A DNA stretch of 63,989 nt, the filler included, from Diploschistes diacapsis (taxonomy: Eukaryota): the NCBI GenBank assembly GCA_023645945.1. It is 7 parts of 7 records of this genome, joined end to end, with 100 filler letters (N's around TTAATTAATTAA, not from the genome) between each part and the next. Parts side by side here need not be neighbours in the genome. Positions count along the whole stretch, not along the records: positions 1 to 28,517 come from JALAIB010000147.1; 6 more parts are not named here. The stretch is one strand, 5' to 3'. Under the pieces are notes generated by a model, which worked only from the letters and a program-made list of their open reading frames with translations, made no database searches and was not told the DNA's origin. Shown one piece after another: positions 12,820 to 24,862 of the stretch. The stretch's first letter is position 1. Each line of letters starts with the position of its first letter. A program made the position numbers and the translations under genes.

Positions 12820-15800
12820 TCAAGCCAAAGCTGCGGAGCGAACAAGCGCAACCTCGCCATTTCTTGGCACCATCAAGGATTTCTCCGCGGGCCAGATGCA
12901 AGATAACGTCAAGCAGTCTCTCCCTATCCAGTCGCCAGGCAGCAGGAAAAGCTCTTTGGGCGTCTTATCCGAATTGGCACTGATATTGGAGCTGGGACGG
13001 CCAATCAGTGGTGGCCTTGCACTGCCTGAAACCTTGCTCATGCCCTCAGGACGGTGGCTCCCGGAAGCGGCGGAAAACATCGGATCTGAAGACGGTGGAA
13101 GTCGCCAGGTGCAAAGAGCGAAGTGCTTCGAAAGATATACAAGACGGTCGTGGGAGAGAAAAGAAAGAGCGAGCGTAATCTCCGACGCGGTGGCGTGAGG
13201 CAGAAGCGCCGGAGTGGTATTTATTTTGAGCCCAGAACCTACAGATTTTGAAGTTGCGAACGAGGATGTCTCGAAAAAGAGAAAAGTCTTTGCCTTGGTG
13301 TGCTCTCCCGAATGCGATACCTGGACCAAAATGCGTTTTTGATCTTGTGTGATCAAGACTCGATCGATGGTTGACGGCCTGTTCGAAACGGTTTCTTTGC
13401 CTTGGGAAACCTCTGGTAGTATTTGAGTTTCGAAAACGCATGTCTGGATCTCGACCAAATCCCATCTCATCACATGTACGTGGCCTGGTGCGATGCCTAG
13501 GAGCAATGATGAATCTTGAGGATGCAGGAGCCATCTGCACTTGTCAGTATGCCATTTGAGTGACTTGACAATGGCAGAGGACCCTAGTGAGATGAGGCAG
13601 ATTGTAGAAGAAGTGTAGACGAAAAGAGATGCCGAGTCAGAGTTAAATAGAAGCTGTAAAATAGGACCTTCCGTGTTACTCTTTACTGAAAGCTCTGTTC
13701 GCAGATCAATTATTACATCCGTCCCAGGAGTTGCGACAGCAATTGACTTTACGAAAATCTTCTTGCTTGAATCGGAAAAGCAGATGCATGTTCCGTCTTC
13801 GCTCCAAGCCATTTGCTCGATGCTGAGGAAACCCTTGGGCGTATGGGCATTCAGATGCTGGTTCTGAAATTTGTCGAAAAGACGTACACTTCCGTACTCG
13901 GTGCCGTAGCAATAGAAACGACCACGGGATGAGGCCACGAGAGTGGTGATTGATTGGACCTTCGTGTAGCTGGCAGTTGCTATGGTGCTTTGCATTATAC
14001 TCGTTGTCTCATTATCCGAATTCAGGCCCCGTCCTGCCTGTGCCGTGAACCTCATTAGTGCAGAAGGCTCCCAAGCATTTCCGTACTCGCCTCGAATGTC
14101 GTAAAAGCGATTTGAGTCGGGGCTGAAAGCCAAGCCAAGAATACTGTCTTGAGATGCTAACTGATACACAAGACTAAAGTCAAGAGTATTGAAGATCTTG
14201 ACAATGCCATGCACGTCGCCGGTTGCAAAGAGATTCCCGTCTCTGCTAATGGCAAGTTTGGATGCTCCAGTAGTGAGCTCCTCTACTTCACCTTCATAAG
14301 GACTCCATTTGAAAACGATTCCCTCGATGTAAAGACCAAGGACCTCTGGCGCGTACGGATGCCAAGCGGCGTCGATGACTTGACCTCTGGTGAGCTCTTC
14401 GCCTTGCCGCCAGCAATGACCGATGTGTACTGGGCCGTCGGTTTCCCATGCCGAAAGTGGATGACCCCGGTAAGCCACAGCGATAAGACTGCCATCGCTG
14501 TTGAACGCCATGTAGCTCGATGAATTCAAGAAGTGGCCCTCAAGCTCCGGCTCTTCAAGCTTGGCAGCATCCTGCCATGTGGAGGAAGGATCTGTCAAGT
14601 CCAGTGACAGGATCCGTCGGTCATCTACGCCCACCAGCAGCTTTGTGTTGTTATCCATTAGAAGCATGGCAAGCGGCCGGGGTCGAGATTCAATATTGGC
14701 GACTGTGAGTTTACATCTGCCGGATCTGATGTCCCACAACTTGGTCGTCTTGAAGCCGTGGGTTACGAGTAACGTGCCAGTGCTGTTGAGCTCCATCCTG
14801 TATAAACGTTCTCCATGTCGAATAGGACTGGCTGCGATTTCTTCGAATGTTGAGGAGTCGAATATCTGCACTACGCCTGAAGAGGCTAATATTGCAACAT
14901 GCTTTCCCATGGTACATACGGACGAAGCATAAACCCCAAAGCCAAGGGGCAAACGCGCTATCAGATCATCCCAACTATCGGTTGTCTGGCCCGTCACAGC
15001 GAGGTTCCTCGCTTCCTGCTTGCCGAATTGTTGATAGATCGCAGAGGTAGGAGGGCAGAATGGAGGAATAAGCTTGTGGATAGACTCAGGGCTCCGCCGA
15101 AGACTCGATCCGAATTTGCCAACAATCTTAATAAGATCCTGGTACCAACTTTCGAGGAGCTGTTGCTGTATTAGATCTATACCCTGACCATCCTGGGCTG
15201 CCTTTTCTTTCCTCCATTTGGAGCAATATTTTGAGAGGTGTTGAGACGCTTGAACAAGCGTCGGAAACGCTTTGTTTGTCGCAATGATTTGGATCCACGT
15301 CAACACCCAATGGCCGCTCAAGAACCTGGTGAGCGTTTCGATAGCATCCTCGTCTCCAAGAGACGTGTGCGAGAGATGTGAGGACCACCAAGTAGATGCA
15401 TAATCGAGAAACTCAGGTCCTGCATTCCGATGCACCTTTCCTCTAAGACTCGGGGACATGAGGCATCGCATGCAGCTCAAGAACAACTGCCTGTGAGCAA
15501 TATTGTAATCAATTTGGAATGTGGAATTGTTGCGATTGGAAAGATACTCTCGAGCAGTCTGATGTACCATAGCGACATTGTCTCCATTGTCGATGACCAC
15601 GAAGCCACCGCATAAATCCACGACCGATTGCTGAAAATCAAGGACTCCGGAACTTTCATGGCCAATTGCTTCAAAGAGCTCTGCTACTGTCATTGTTCGC
15701 AGCGAGCAAGAGATACATTCCAACACGGTTTTTGCTAAAGCCTTGCTCGTCGACGAAGAATTCTGAGCTATCGAGTCTGCCATACGGTCGTAAATTGCGT

Positions 15801-18066
15801 CCATACCAGCTGGTAATTCCTGAAAGGCACATTCAACGTCCGCATGCGTCCGACACGTGTTCAGTTTCTGGACGGCGAGTCGTACCCACTATTTAGTTAA
15901 TAGAGGGTAAAGGCACATGGCTTTCATGAACTTACGAGAAAGTTGTTCTGAGATTCCTCCAACAATCTTTCCACAATTTCATCGCGAAACTCAGTAGTGC
16001 CAAGCATATCGAGCTCTTGCAGAATATAAAGGCGCAAGTCTTCGGTTTGGCCTTCGAGACTAATGACACTCGTATGCAGTGACCTTGGGGCTTTCTTTAG
16101 TGCGTTGGTAACTTCAGAAGTATCACGGCTGACCAGCAAAATTTTGATCGGGGCGAAGGATGTCGGGGTATCTGAAATGAGTTTGATGATCGCTTTTGGA
16201 TCCTCAGCTTCGTCAATCCCATCTATGACCCAGTACAGTGGCTTGCAGTTCGCCATTTTAAACAGAACTGATCTAAATAGTCGTCCCCATATGGTCTTCG
16301 AATCTGCGTTTTCGAGATTCACTGCCTCATCGGCTACCCCATATACTCCTAGCAAGAACTCTGGTACACTCTGTGCGATCTGATAGGCGATAGAGCGTAG
16401 CAACATGGTCGAACTTCTCTTGATTAGATCTGCGAATTTTATGAAGAAGTATTGACAGCATTCGCCTTGCTCCATGAGGGTATTAATAATGAAGGAGGAT
16501 ATGACTGATTTCCCTGTAGCTGGGCCACCTTTCAACCATAGTACGTTGGGCGTAACGGCTTCAGTGCTTCGCCACCGGAGGAATGCCTCGTCGTTGAGAA
16601 TCCATTCACCGGTGCCCGGTGTCCATTGATCGCGATAAAAAATGTAGTCCGTGTCCGGTAGTTCGGCAATTCCCAACGTTGTCTTGAGGTCACGCGAGTT
16701 TCCTCGGCTCGATATGGAAGGTTTTCTTGAGCCACTGCCGCTTTTCGCAAGTACCTTACTCACAAGGGATTTCAGAACATTTCTGACCACAATATAGTTC
16801 GGATCTTTAGGGCCATCATACTTGCAGACGCCGTGATGATCGGCGTCTAGGGCTTTGGAGATCTCCCCGGGATATCCGAGTACAGAGGAATCTTTCTCGA
16901 GCACCATCTACTGGCCTTAGTCAAGCCCGAATAGAACGCTTGGAGGGAATTGGCTTACGACACGTGTAACTTTTAACCCAATCGTAGTAGGCTGGGTCTC
17001 GTAGAAGGAGATGATGTCAAGACTGGGCGCAATATGGCGGAACTGCTCATTGAGCTTCTGTAATTGGAACGAGTTCCTAGCGAGATCTGATATGTATTGT
17101 TTTGTATTGCTAACGACCGTTGACTGCAGGATCCGATTCAACGTCATGGCAAGGTTCGTGCCGCGATGAGGCGTTGCAAGAAAGGTTATCGCGGAAACTG
17201 CCTTGATGATAGACATGTACTCTGGATCATTCTGACCTTGTAGATATGCCTAAGCTTCGTTAGTACTCGCGCGTGAGTTTGAGACTAAGACGTTGCGGAA
17301 GACTTGGGATCATTGGAACTAATCAACGTCCCATGTTTTGATTTACGCGTGAGCAAGTATGTCGCATTATTCAGGCAATGACCTTACTTCTTTTACGATC
17401 AAACCTCCCATGCTATGCGCCACGAAGATAAGAGGAACCTAGGGCCTGGTTAGCAGAGCTTCCTACGCGAAGCTCTCAATATACACTAACTTCGCCCATA
17501 TAAAGTTCTTCTGTCTGGTCATTTTTTGCGTACTTCAGATCGAAGAGAAGATCTTTAGCAAAATCCAGGACCGATGTCCCGATGCTGCCGGGTTTGACGA
17601 TGTTAGCATTGTATCCGAAAGTTAGGATCCTCGCCAGACATATATCGGGCTCCAAGGGAAGAAATGTCAACGGCCAGAACAATTCCAAGTTCTTGTACTT
17701 CGACCAGGACCACTTGCTGGTCCCTCCGAGTCCGTGAATGAAGATGATATTCAATTTATGGCCATTTGGAGGCGTATAGACGACATTGAGACCCGGCGGA
17801 CCTGACCCGGTCTCACTGTGTCTTCGATGGAATGAGTCTGCAGCTGTAGGAGTAACCGATAACCTAGAGAGAGGTGAGGTGGCTCGTCCGTCAAGCGGAA
17901 GTTCAGGTGAGCTTAATTGATGCGTGTGAGATCTTGATCGACGTTCTTCTAGGTTTTCAACCTTCTGATCCTTGTTGATGGACTTTTCTCTTGAGCCGAA
18001 CACTTTTGAAAACTAGTGTCACTGTAAGTATTCGAATCCTAGAATAAAGACGTAAGAACCTACCAT
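12820..18066 (-). CDS. Fungal NLR-like protein: N-terminal alpha/beta hydrolase (SesB/DUF676/PGAP1-like) - NACHT NTPase - WD40 repeats, ~1635 aa
   Basis: Exons 18064-18066 (ATG only), 17491-18012, 17388-17438, 16959-17249, 15936-16907, 12820-15888 total 4908 nt in one frame. Motifs: IIFIHGLGG, nucleophile elbow FVAHSMGG, FLATPHRG, DADHHGVCKY; Walker A WLKGGPATGKS; Walker B WVIDGIDE; WD-like LAFSPDS, AFNSDGSLIA, KLWD. Confidence 0.9.
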
Positions 18067-18471
18067 GACCAATCATAGAGGCGTGTCGCAATGCTATCTC
18101 CACTTCGCAACTGCACTGAATGCTCCAAAACCAGCGTAATTGTTGTGTACTTGGATGCAATGCGCAAAAGCGCTGGTTGCAATTGACAGCGTATTCGGGG
18201 CCTTGCAGCGTTTTATCTGCAGCGCGACTCTGGAGCAAGGCTGGAATGGATGGCGTATCGCTCCAGCTCGCCGTATGAAAGTAGTCCGTGTCATGATTGC
18301 TTTTTACGGAGTGTGCATGTCTCGGCCGCACACCGCACGCTATCGACAGCCTATGGCCTAATCGGCTTAGCTTTGAATGGCTCCACCAGCCTCCATGGGA
18401 TTTGAACGAAGTACTAAAGGCAGATCTTACAGTTGTTGCAACTTTGGCTCTTTGATCCTGCCGTCAGAAAG

Positions 18472-19749
18472 ATGACTGACAATTGCGAGTGGCTGACTGA
18501 TATCGGTGGGAGCTTTCCGCTGCATAGAGCTGTACTCCAAGGTATGAATTTGCAAGCTGCTGGATAAGCGTGGCGCGATAACAACGTCGAAGCAATGTCT
18601 CAAGGAACGAGAGTTCTCGCGGCGGAATCTTCGGGCGTTTCTGCCTGGACAAAAACTGCCAAAGTCGAGGCGCTGTTGCCGGACGGAAGTCCCAAAAGAT
18701 ACTTCTTGAAGGTAGGGATATGCACATCATCTTGCTTCTGTACACGTCACTAAGGACAGTTGGGTTGCAGTGTGCGTCAGGCCGAGGCGCTCGACCTTTG
18801 TGCGAAGGAGAATATCATTCCGCACTTGCTATTGACCAAGTAGTACCGCAGATGGTGCCGAAAGCTGCAGGATGGGGGCAGTATCGTGATGGCGAAGCGG
18901 AGATATATTTCTATCTCTCCGACTTTCACGACCTGGACCTTTCAGCACCTCCGGAGCCTGTCAACTTCACTGCCCAAATCGCAGAGCTTCATAAAAACGG
19001 CACGTCTCCTAACGGCATGTTTGGTTTTCCTGTACCCACTGTTATCGGTATCCTGGAGCATACAGTGACCTGGGAAAAGAGCTGGGCAAAATCATTTACT
19101 CACCTGTTGAAAGACGTCCTTAGATATGACACCGAGACCAATGGACCGTGGTTGGAACTGGAAGCCGCTTCCAACCAGCTCATTGATGTAGTCATACCTC
19201 GCCTCCTTGGTGTACTGCAATCAGACGGCCGGGAGATCAAGCCTGCTCTGATTCACGGCGATCTGTGGGAACAAAATATCGGAGTCGACATGGAAACGGG
19301 CGAGACTGTCGTATTCGATCCCGGTAGTACCTATGCCCATAATGAGATGGAGTTCGGTACCTGGAGGTGCTCCTGGGCGTTCCATTTCAAGAACCCTGTT
19401 TACATGCGAATGTACCAAAGGCATATAGAGCCCTCGGAGCCAGCAGAAGAATGGGATGATCGGAACCGGCTGTACAGTCTTCATCCGTACTTGACTGACT
19501 CCGCAGGGCATCCGGGAAGTACCTCGAGGGCCATGTGAGTATCTAAACTCGAACTCAAGTTGGCGCTGCTGAAAAAAAGCGAGCAGAGCGTATAACGACA
19601 TGCTATGTCTCTGCGAGAAGTATGGGCCTCTTGAAAATCTGGAGAGGTATGACGCGGGAAAGGATATTAGTCTGACCGGCGCTCATGTTCCGCACTCTAC
19701 GTATCTCATGGAGCAAGCTAATGCAGAGAAGAGGCGACTTCATCTTTAG
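18472..19749 (+). CDS. Fructosamine/ketosamine-3-kinase-like protein (APH/protein-kinase-like fold), ~371 aa
   Basis: Exons 18472-18541, 18593-18711, 18771-19534, 19587-19749 (1116 nt, in frame). Motifs KRYFLK, GEYHS, SPNGMFGFPVPT, catalytic LIHGDLWEQN, VFDP, YAHNEMEFG, PSEPAEEWDDRNRLYSL. Confidence 0.9.
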
Positions 19750-20448
19750 GAGAAGTAGTGACGGACGGTTTTATTTTAAGGTCAGAAGTACGAATGAAGT
19801 CAAGCAAAGTTAAATAGATCACAAATATCTTAGGCGGCTAAGAAACATATAGTAGGGCTAGAAGTCCGAAGCCCTTCTCAACCTTTTCAACGGCTATAAA
19901 ATAGCCTACCTTTATCCCGTTCTCTCTTCGCGGAGAAAGACCCAAAGGACCGTGTAGATGCTATCCACCTCGATGCCTGTAGTATCAGCGGCTAAAGGGC
20001 ATGTAAGACTTCCTTGAGGAATCAAATAGAATATCCACACTAGACCATGGCCTACAAAGTTATTTCCCCCTCATTCTCCCCTCTACGAAAGTATTTTACG
20101 GGTTCGAGTTAGATTACTACTAGCTTAGTATACTACGGTTTCAGGATGTTATCTAAGGCTGTTAAATTACTAGCATATTGTACTATCGTGTATCAGTTGT
20201 AACAAAGTCTACGTCTAGCTCAAATCAGCAATTTTCAACATCCACGCCTTTTCCACTTTTTCCCACCCGGTATTGTTGCTCTTCGCCTTGGGTCTTAGAA
20301 ACAATACCCCTTTCCTGCAGCTCCAGTTTCTCAAATCTTATCTCATGATCTGCTTCCTCTGAATTGGCCGCGTAAAACATCTGACTTTATGAAAAAAACC
20401 GGTTTAAACTCGGGGAATGGACAAGAGACTGCATAATCCGGATCTGAT

Positions 20449-23293
20449 ATGACGGCCCGAATAACATCACAAACCACCTTCGATGCCGAAAAAATCATCC
20501 AACCGATTTATACGGGAGGGGATGTAGCTACAGACCATGAGGGTCGCATTTTGGCCACTTGTCTTGGAGAGGAGGCAGTGTTGACAGATCTAGCAACTGG
20601 CGAAACGCTAGCTAGAATTGAAGGGGTGCGTCAAAACTTAGCTCAGTATAAAGATTATGGTCTCATTTACTTTAGGACGGCGAGGTTCTGACAACCTTGA
20701 AAAGTAGGTGATTTTGCGGTGCTACGATTCGCTTTAATGCCTCTCAGTTACCCCCTCCGCTTCCCATATAATAACATGCTCCCGGTCTCTTTCTATGCGA
20801 ATTTACTCCTTAGATCACTCTCAAACTCCGAGCGCTATTGCGGTGAGCCTTCAACGCACGCTCAAGCCGCACACTAGCCCTGTCATAACAGCTGCTATAG
20901 ACCGCTCTAGCAGCTTGCTCGCAACAGGAAGTAGCGATGGCGTTATCAAGGTGTGGGACATTCGCGGCGGTTTTATCTCCCATACTTTCCGAGGCCATAC
21001 TGGAGTGCTGTCAGCTCTATGCTTTTTTGAGTTGCCTCCGGAGCTCGCGGCATCGGAGGCTTCTGCTATATCCACTGAAAGACGCAAGAAAAGCATCCTG
21101 AAAGGTAAAGTAAGGAAAAACCAAGCCAATCAAAAGTCTGCTACAGAAACATCAGCTTTGCGTCTCGCTTCTGGTGGCGAGGACGGCAAAATTCGTGTCT
21201 GGGACTTGGTCAAGCGAGCCGCTGTGGCATCTCTTGAATCCCACGTCTCGGTAGTTCGTGGTCTTGACTTTTCGCCAGTACAGGCAGTTTTACTTTCTGG
21301 GAGTAGAGACAAGACACTGATCGTCTGGGATGCCAGAACCTGGGAAACTGAACGAATCATACCTGTATTGGAGAGCGTGGAAGCAGCTGGCCTAATTGGA
21401 GACGGACGGCTTGCATACAGTGGAGGCGAACGAGGAAGATTACGGATATGGGAGGTAAAAACTGGGAGAGAAGTGACAACCGAGCAGCAATCAGGTGTCG
21501 AAGATGAAGGGATAGTAGATGTGCTTTGGATATCTGCGGATCAATCCCTATTGAGCATTCACGCCAATCAAGCGCTCGACTTCTATTCCATTCGTGGCCT
21601 CGCTATTACTTCGCAAGAGACCACTATCGACCCCCTACCACTTTTACGACGAATATCTGGGACACATGACGAGGTTATCGACCTTGCGTATGTTGGATTA
21701 CGCAAGAATCTGATGGCTTTGGCGACAAACGAGGAGTACGTTAAGCTCGTGTCCGTGATTAGTCAAGACGAGGTCTCTGGAAACGCTCCCTATTTCGGCG
21801 CCGATGTAGCCCACCTCCAAGGTCATGAGGACATAGTGATCTGCCTTGATGCAGACTGGTCAGGATGCTGGCTTGCGACGGGGGCTAAAGATAACACTGC
21901 ACGTCTCTGGCGGATCGATCATTCTGCGGGGTTGTACGATAGTGCAGCCATATTTACGGGCCATGCGGAGTCCATTGGTGCAATTGCGTTACCTTTGCAG
22001 CCTCCGCCGGCCGATTCTGCAGCTTTTAAGAGTCCGTTACAGCATCCGCCTACTCTCATGCTCACCGGCTCACAGGATAAGACTATCAAAATGTGGGAGA
22101 TTTCGAATAAAGCAGGGAAACCCTTGCAGCCTGCTGGAGCGCTTTACACGAGAAAAGCGCACGAGAAAGACATCAATGCTATTGCTATCAATCATAACTC
22201 GACTCTCTTCGCTTCAGCATCTCAGGATCGAACTGTGAAGATCTGGTCCCTACAGGAGGGTGAAACTCAAGGAGTTCTGCGAGGACATAAACGTGGTGTG
22301 TGGTCTGTTAAATTCGCACCCAAGGACACGCCCACCATCACCGGCGACTTTGGCGCGGCTAGCTCCAGTCGAGGACTTGTGCTCACGGGGAGCGGCGACA
22401 AGACGGTTAAAATCTGGTCATTATCCGACTATAGCTGTGTTCGCACCTTCGAGGGCCACACTAACACAGTTCTAAAGGTGCTCTGGCTTCCACAGTCTAA
22501 TCAAGAAGATCCCGAATCAAAGAAAAAAGCTCAACCCTCCGCCCTTGTAGCTTCGGCAGGTAGCGACGGCCTTGTAAAAGTGTGGGACGCTCTGGACGGT
22601 GAATGCGCCTGTACGCTCGACAACCACACCGACCGCGTGTGGGCTCTTGCGACCAATTCTTCCACGGGCCATTTGGTATCGGGAGGCGGCGACGGTGTCG
22701 TCACTTTCTGGGCGGACACTACGGCGTCGACAGCCGCTGCGACTGCGGCAGCCTCTACAGCGCGCGTCGAGCAGGAGCAAGAGCTCGCTAACCATGTGCA
22801 CCGTGGCAACTACCGCGATGCCATCGTGCTCTCGCTCCAACTCAACCATCCGGCGCGCCTGCTTGCGCTCTTCAAAGATGTCGTCGAAAAGCACCCGCCG
22901 GAGCAGGGCTCGATGTCGGGCCTGGTAGCCGTCGACAATGTCCTGGCAGAACTGGGGGACGAGCAGCTATACACGTTGCTGCTACGGCTCCGAGACTGGA
23001 ATACGAATGCCAGGACCGCACACGTGGCCCAGAGGATCATGTGGGTGGTGGCAAAGAACTATCCGGCTAGTCGGCTTGTTGGCTTGAGGAAAAAGGGCAG
23101 AGGCCTGGGCGATGTGCTGGACGCGCTCAGAGCTTACACGGAGAGGCACTACAAGAGGTGCGAGGAGCTGATTGAGGAGAGCTATTTGGTGGACTTTGTG
23201 GTGCGGGGAATGGAGGATGGCGGTTTTGTGGTGGATGATACTTCGCTGGTCAAAGACAGCAAGGCTGAAGCAGATGTGATAATGGTCGAATAA
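20449..23293 (+). CDS. UTP13: U3 snoRNP/SSU processome WD40 protein Utp13 (TBL3)
   Basis: N-terminal IIQPIYTGG, many WD repeats (GHKRGVWSVKF, SGDKTVKIWSL), C-terminal Utp13 domain RVEQEQELAN...LRDWNTNARTAHVAQ...YTERHYKR. Two short introns at about 20626-20747. Confidence 0.93.
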
Positions 23294-23470
23294 TATTCAC
23301 ACCTTCAAAAAGGCCAACTTACGATGAGACGCGAAGGATGCAGGTTCAAGGTCGGCGAGCGGCACTGCAGAACGGATCTATTCTTGGGTCTTGCAATCCC
23401 TAGGCAAATGAGAAGATATCGTATCTCAGAACTCTATAAGATCGCGCTAAAGGTGGATCTTTTATGTCGC

Positions 23471-24862
23471 TCAATAATTGTCCTTGTCGCGCTTCCTATG
23501 CTTGTCATCCTCTCGGTTCCCCCGACGGTTTCTATTATCGTCTCCGTGTCTTCTGTTCTGGTCCCCACTGTCATCGCGATGATCACTTCGGCGATGCCGG
23601 CGGTCATCATGGCCATTCTTTGAGCCCCTAGACTTCCTTTCTCTTCGGTGGTCATGATCGTTGTCCCGCTCTCGGTCTCTATGACGATGCCGCTCCGGAT
23701 ATTCTTCCCTTCTGTCGCTTCTATCTTGGGACCTGCTCGTGTTGCGCCGCGACGCGCCGTGTCTGCTTCCCTCGCGTCCTTGATCTCTATCTCTGTGGCC
23801 ATATCTGCGATCAGACTTCCTCTCGCTATCGGTGGCTAGATTGCGATCCCTCCTGTCCCGCCAGTCTTCCGCCACAAACTTGTTCTGATCTTGCCGCAGT
23901 TTGAGTTCCCCTTCCGCTAGCACCTCTCCCGTCTTGGGATTTCGAAGGACTAGAGGGTTGTAACCGCGATCAATCTTCTTGGTTTGCTTGGACCCCTTTC
24001 CCCAAGCGCCAAGCTCTTCTAGACCTTCGGGAACTTCCTTCGCACCAATACCCAGCAGCGCTGGTCGACGCTCAACATTCCGAGGTTTGGCCACGGCACC
24101 TTTTCTTTTTCCTATGGCGTCACCGGGTTTCCAACCCATTCCGCGCATCAGAGCTGCTCCAAACTCTTCCACAGGTACCTTTTCGTAATCTTCGAGAGAA
24201 GCCGGGTCCGGACGGGAAGCGACATCAAATCTGAAGGCATCTTCTTCTGTTAGGCGTGGAGCGAACCGCGTGTCGGGAGCGTCGGGATTCTCGATAACTA
24301 GTGTAGACTTTTTCTCTTTGCCTAAGAGAGCGTCAATTGCTTCTTCGTCCTCCGTCTTAGGTCTCCCGGCAGCGTCTTTCGGTGGAGAGTCTCGACTGGC
24401 CTCTTGCATAGTAGTGTCTCCATTTTCTTTGTCGCTGTTGACCCTCTGCTGGACTACCAATCCATACAGGGGTTTCTGCTCTTCAATCTCATCATCGACG
24501 ATATTCTTGGTCTTTCTACCTTCGCGTCGTGCCTGCTCCTCTTCCGGTAACAGAATCTTTCTCCTCTTGCGCTGAGCTTCGTCGCGCCAATCACGATTCT
24601 TCTGGCCTTCGATTACCAACGGGCCTGTTGCCTCTTTTGTATTTCCCAGCGTAATTGCTCCACCGACTGAGCGGTCGAATGACAAGACTAGTTGAGATCT
24701 GCCTTCGACTCCGTCGTTCTCGCCTTCCGAGTCATCGGCCGCTATTGCAGAGTAGGGTCTCTTTTCATTGACTTTGGGAAGCGCCAAAGTTTTGGGCTTC
24801 GAACCGAGGGATATTGAGAAGGGCTTTGTAAAGTGGGTGACAGCTGCCCCTTGTCCAGGCAT
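23471..24862 (-). CDS. SPP2: Pre-mRNA splicing factor Spp2 (G-patch), R/D-rich tail
   Basis: DYEKVPVEEFGAALMRGMGWK...RRPALLGIGAKE is the Spp2 G-patch. Likely start MPGQGAAV at 24862. Confidence 0.88.
   Translation of the reverse strand: MPGQGAAVTHFTKPFSISLGSKPKTLALPKVNEKRPYSAIAADDSEGENDGVEGRSQLVLSFDRSVGGAITLGNTKEATGPLVIEGQKNRDWRDEAQRKRRKILLPEEEQARREGRKTKNIVDDEIEEQKPLYGLVVQQRVNSDKENGDTTMQEASRDSPPKDAAGRPKTEDEEAIDALLGKEKKSTLVIENPDAPDTRFAPRLTEEDAFRFDVASRPDPASLEDYEKVPVEEFGAALMRGMGWKPGDAIGKRKGAVAKPRNVERRPALLGIGAKEVPEGLEELGAWGKGSKQTKKIDRGYNPLVLRNPKTGEVLAEGELKLRQDQNKFVAEDWRDRRDRNLATDSERKSDRRYGHRDRDQGREGSRHGASRRNTSRSQDRSDRREEYPERHRHRDRERDNDHDHRRERKSRGSKNGHDDRRHRRSDHRDDSGDQNRRHGDDNRNRRGNREDDKHRKRDKDNY

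Noticed and set aside
12820..15000. Hypervariable, internally near-identical WD40 array as in HET-E/HNWD genes
   Set aside because: The WD repeats are degenerate, with no visible DNA-level tandem identity.
17800..18066. N-terminal amyloid signalling motif on the NLR (HET-s/sigma/PP type)
   Set aside because: The N-terminus is S/R/P/E-rich without G/N/Q pseudo-repeats, the effector hydrolase is fused in cis, and no adjacent HeLo/HELL gene is present.
20095..20115. GGTTCGAGT resembling a tRNA T-loop/B-box
   Set aside because: No acceptor, D or anticodon stems around it.
10500..20250. Starship element carrying the NLR block
   Set aside because: No DUF3435 tyrosine-recombinase captain or recognisable boundary repeats were found.
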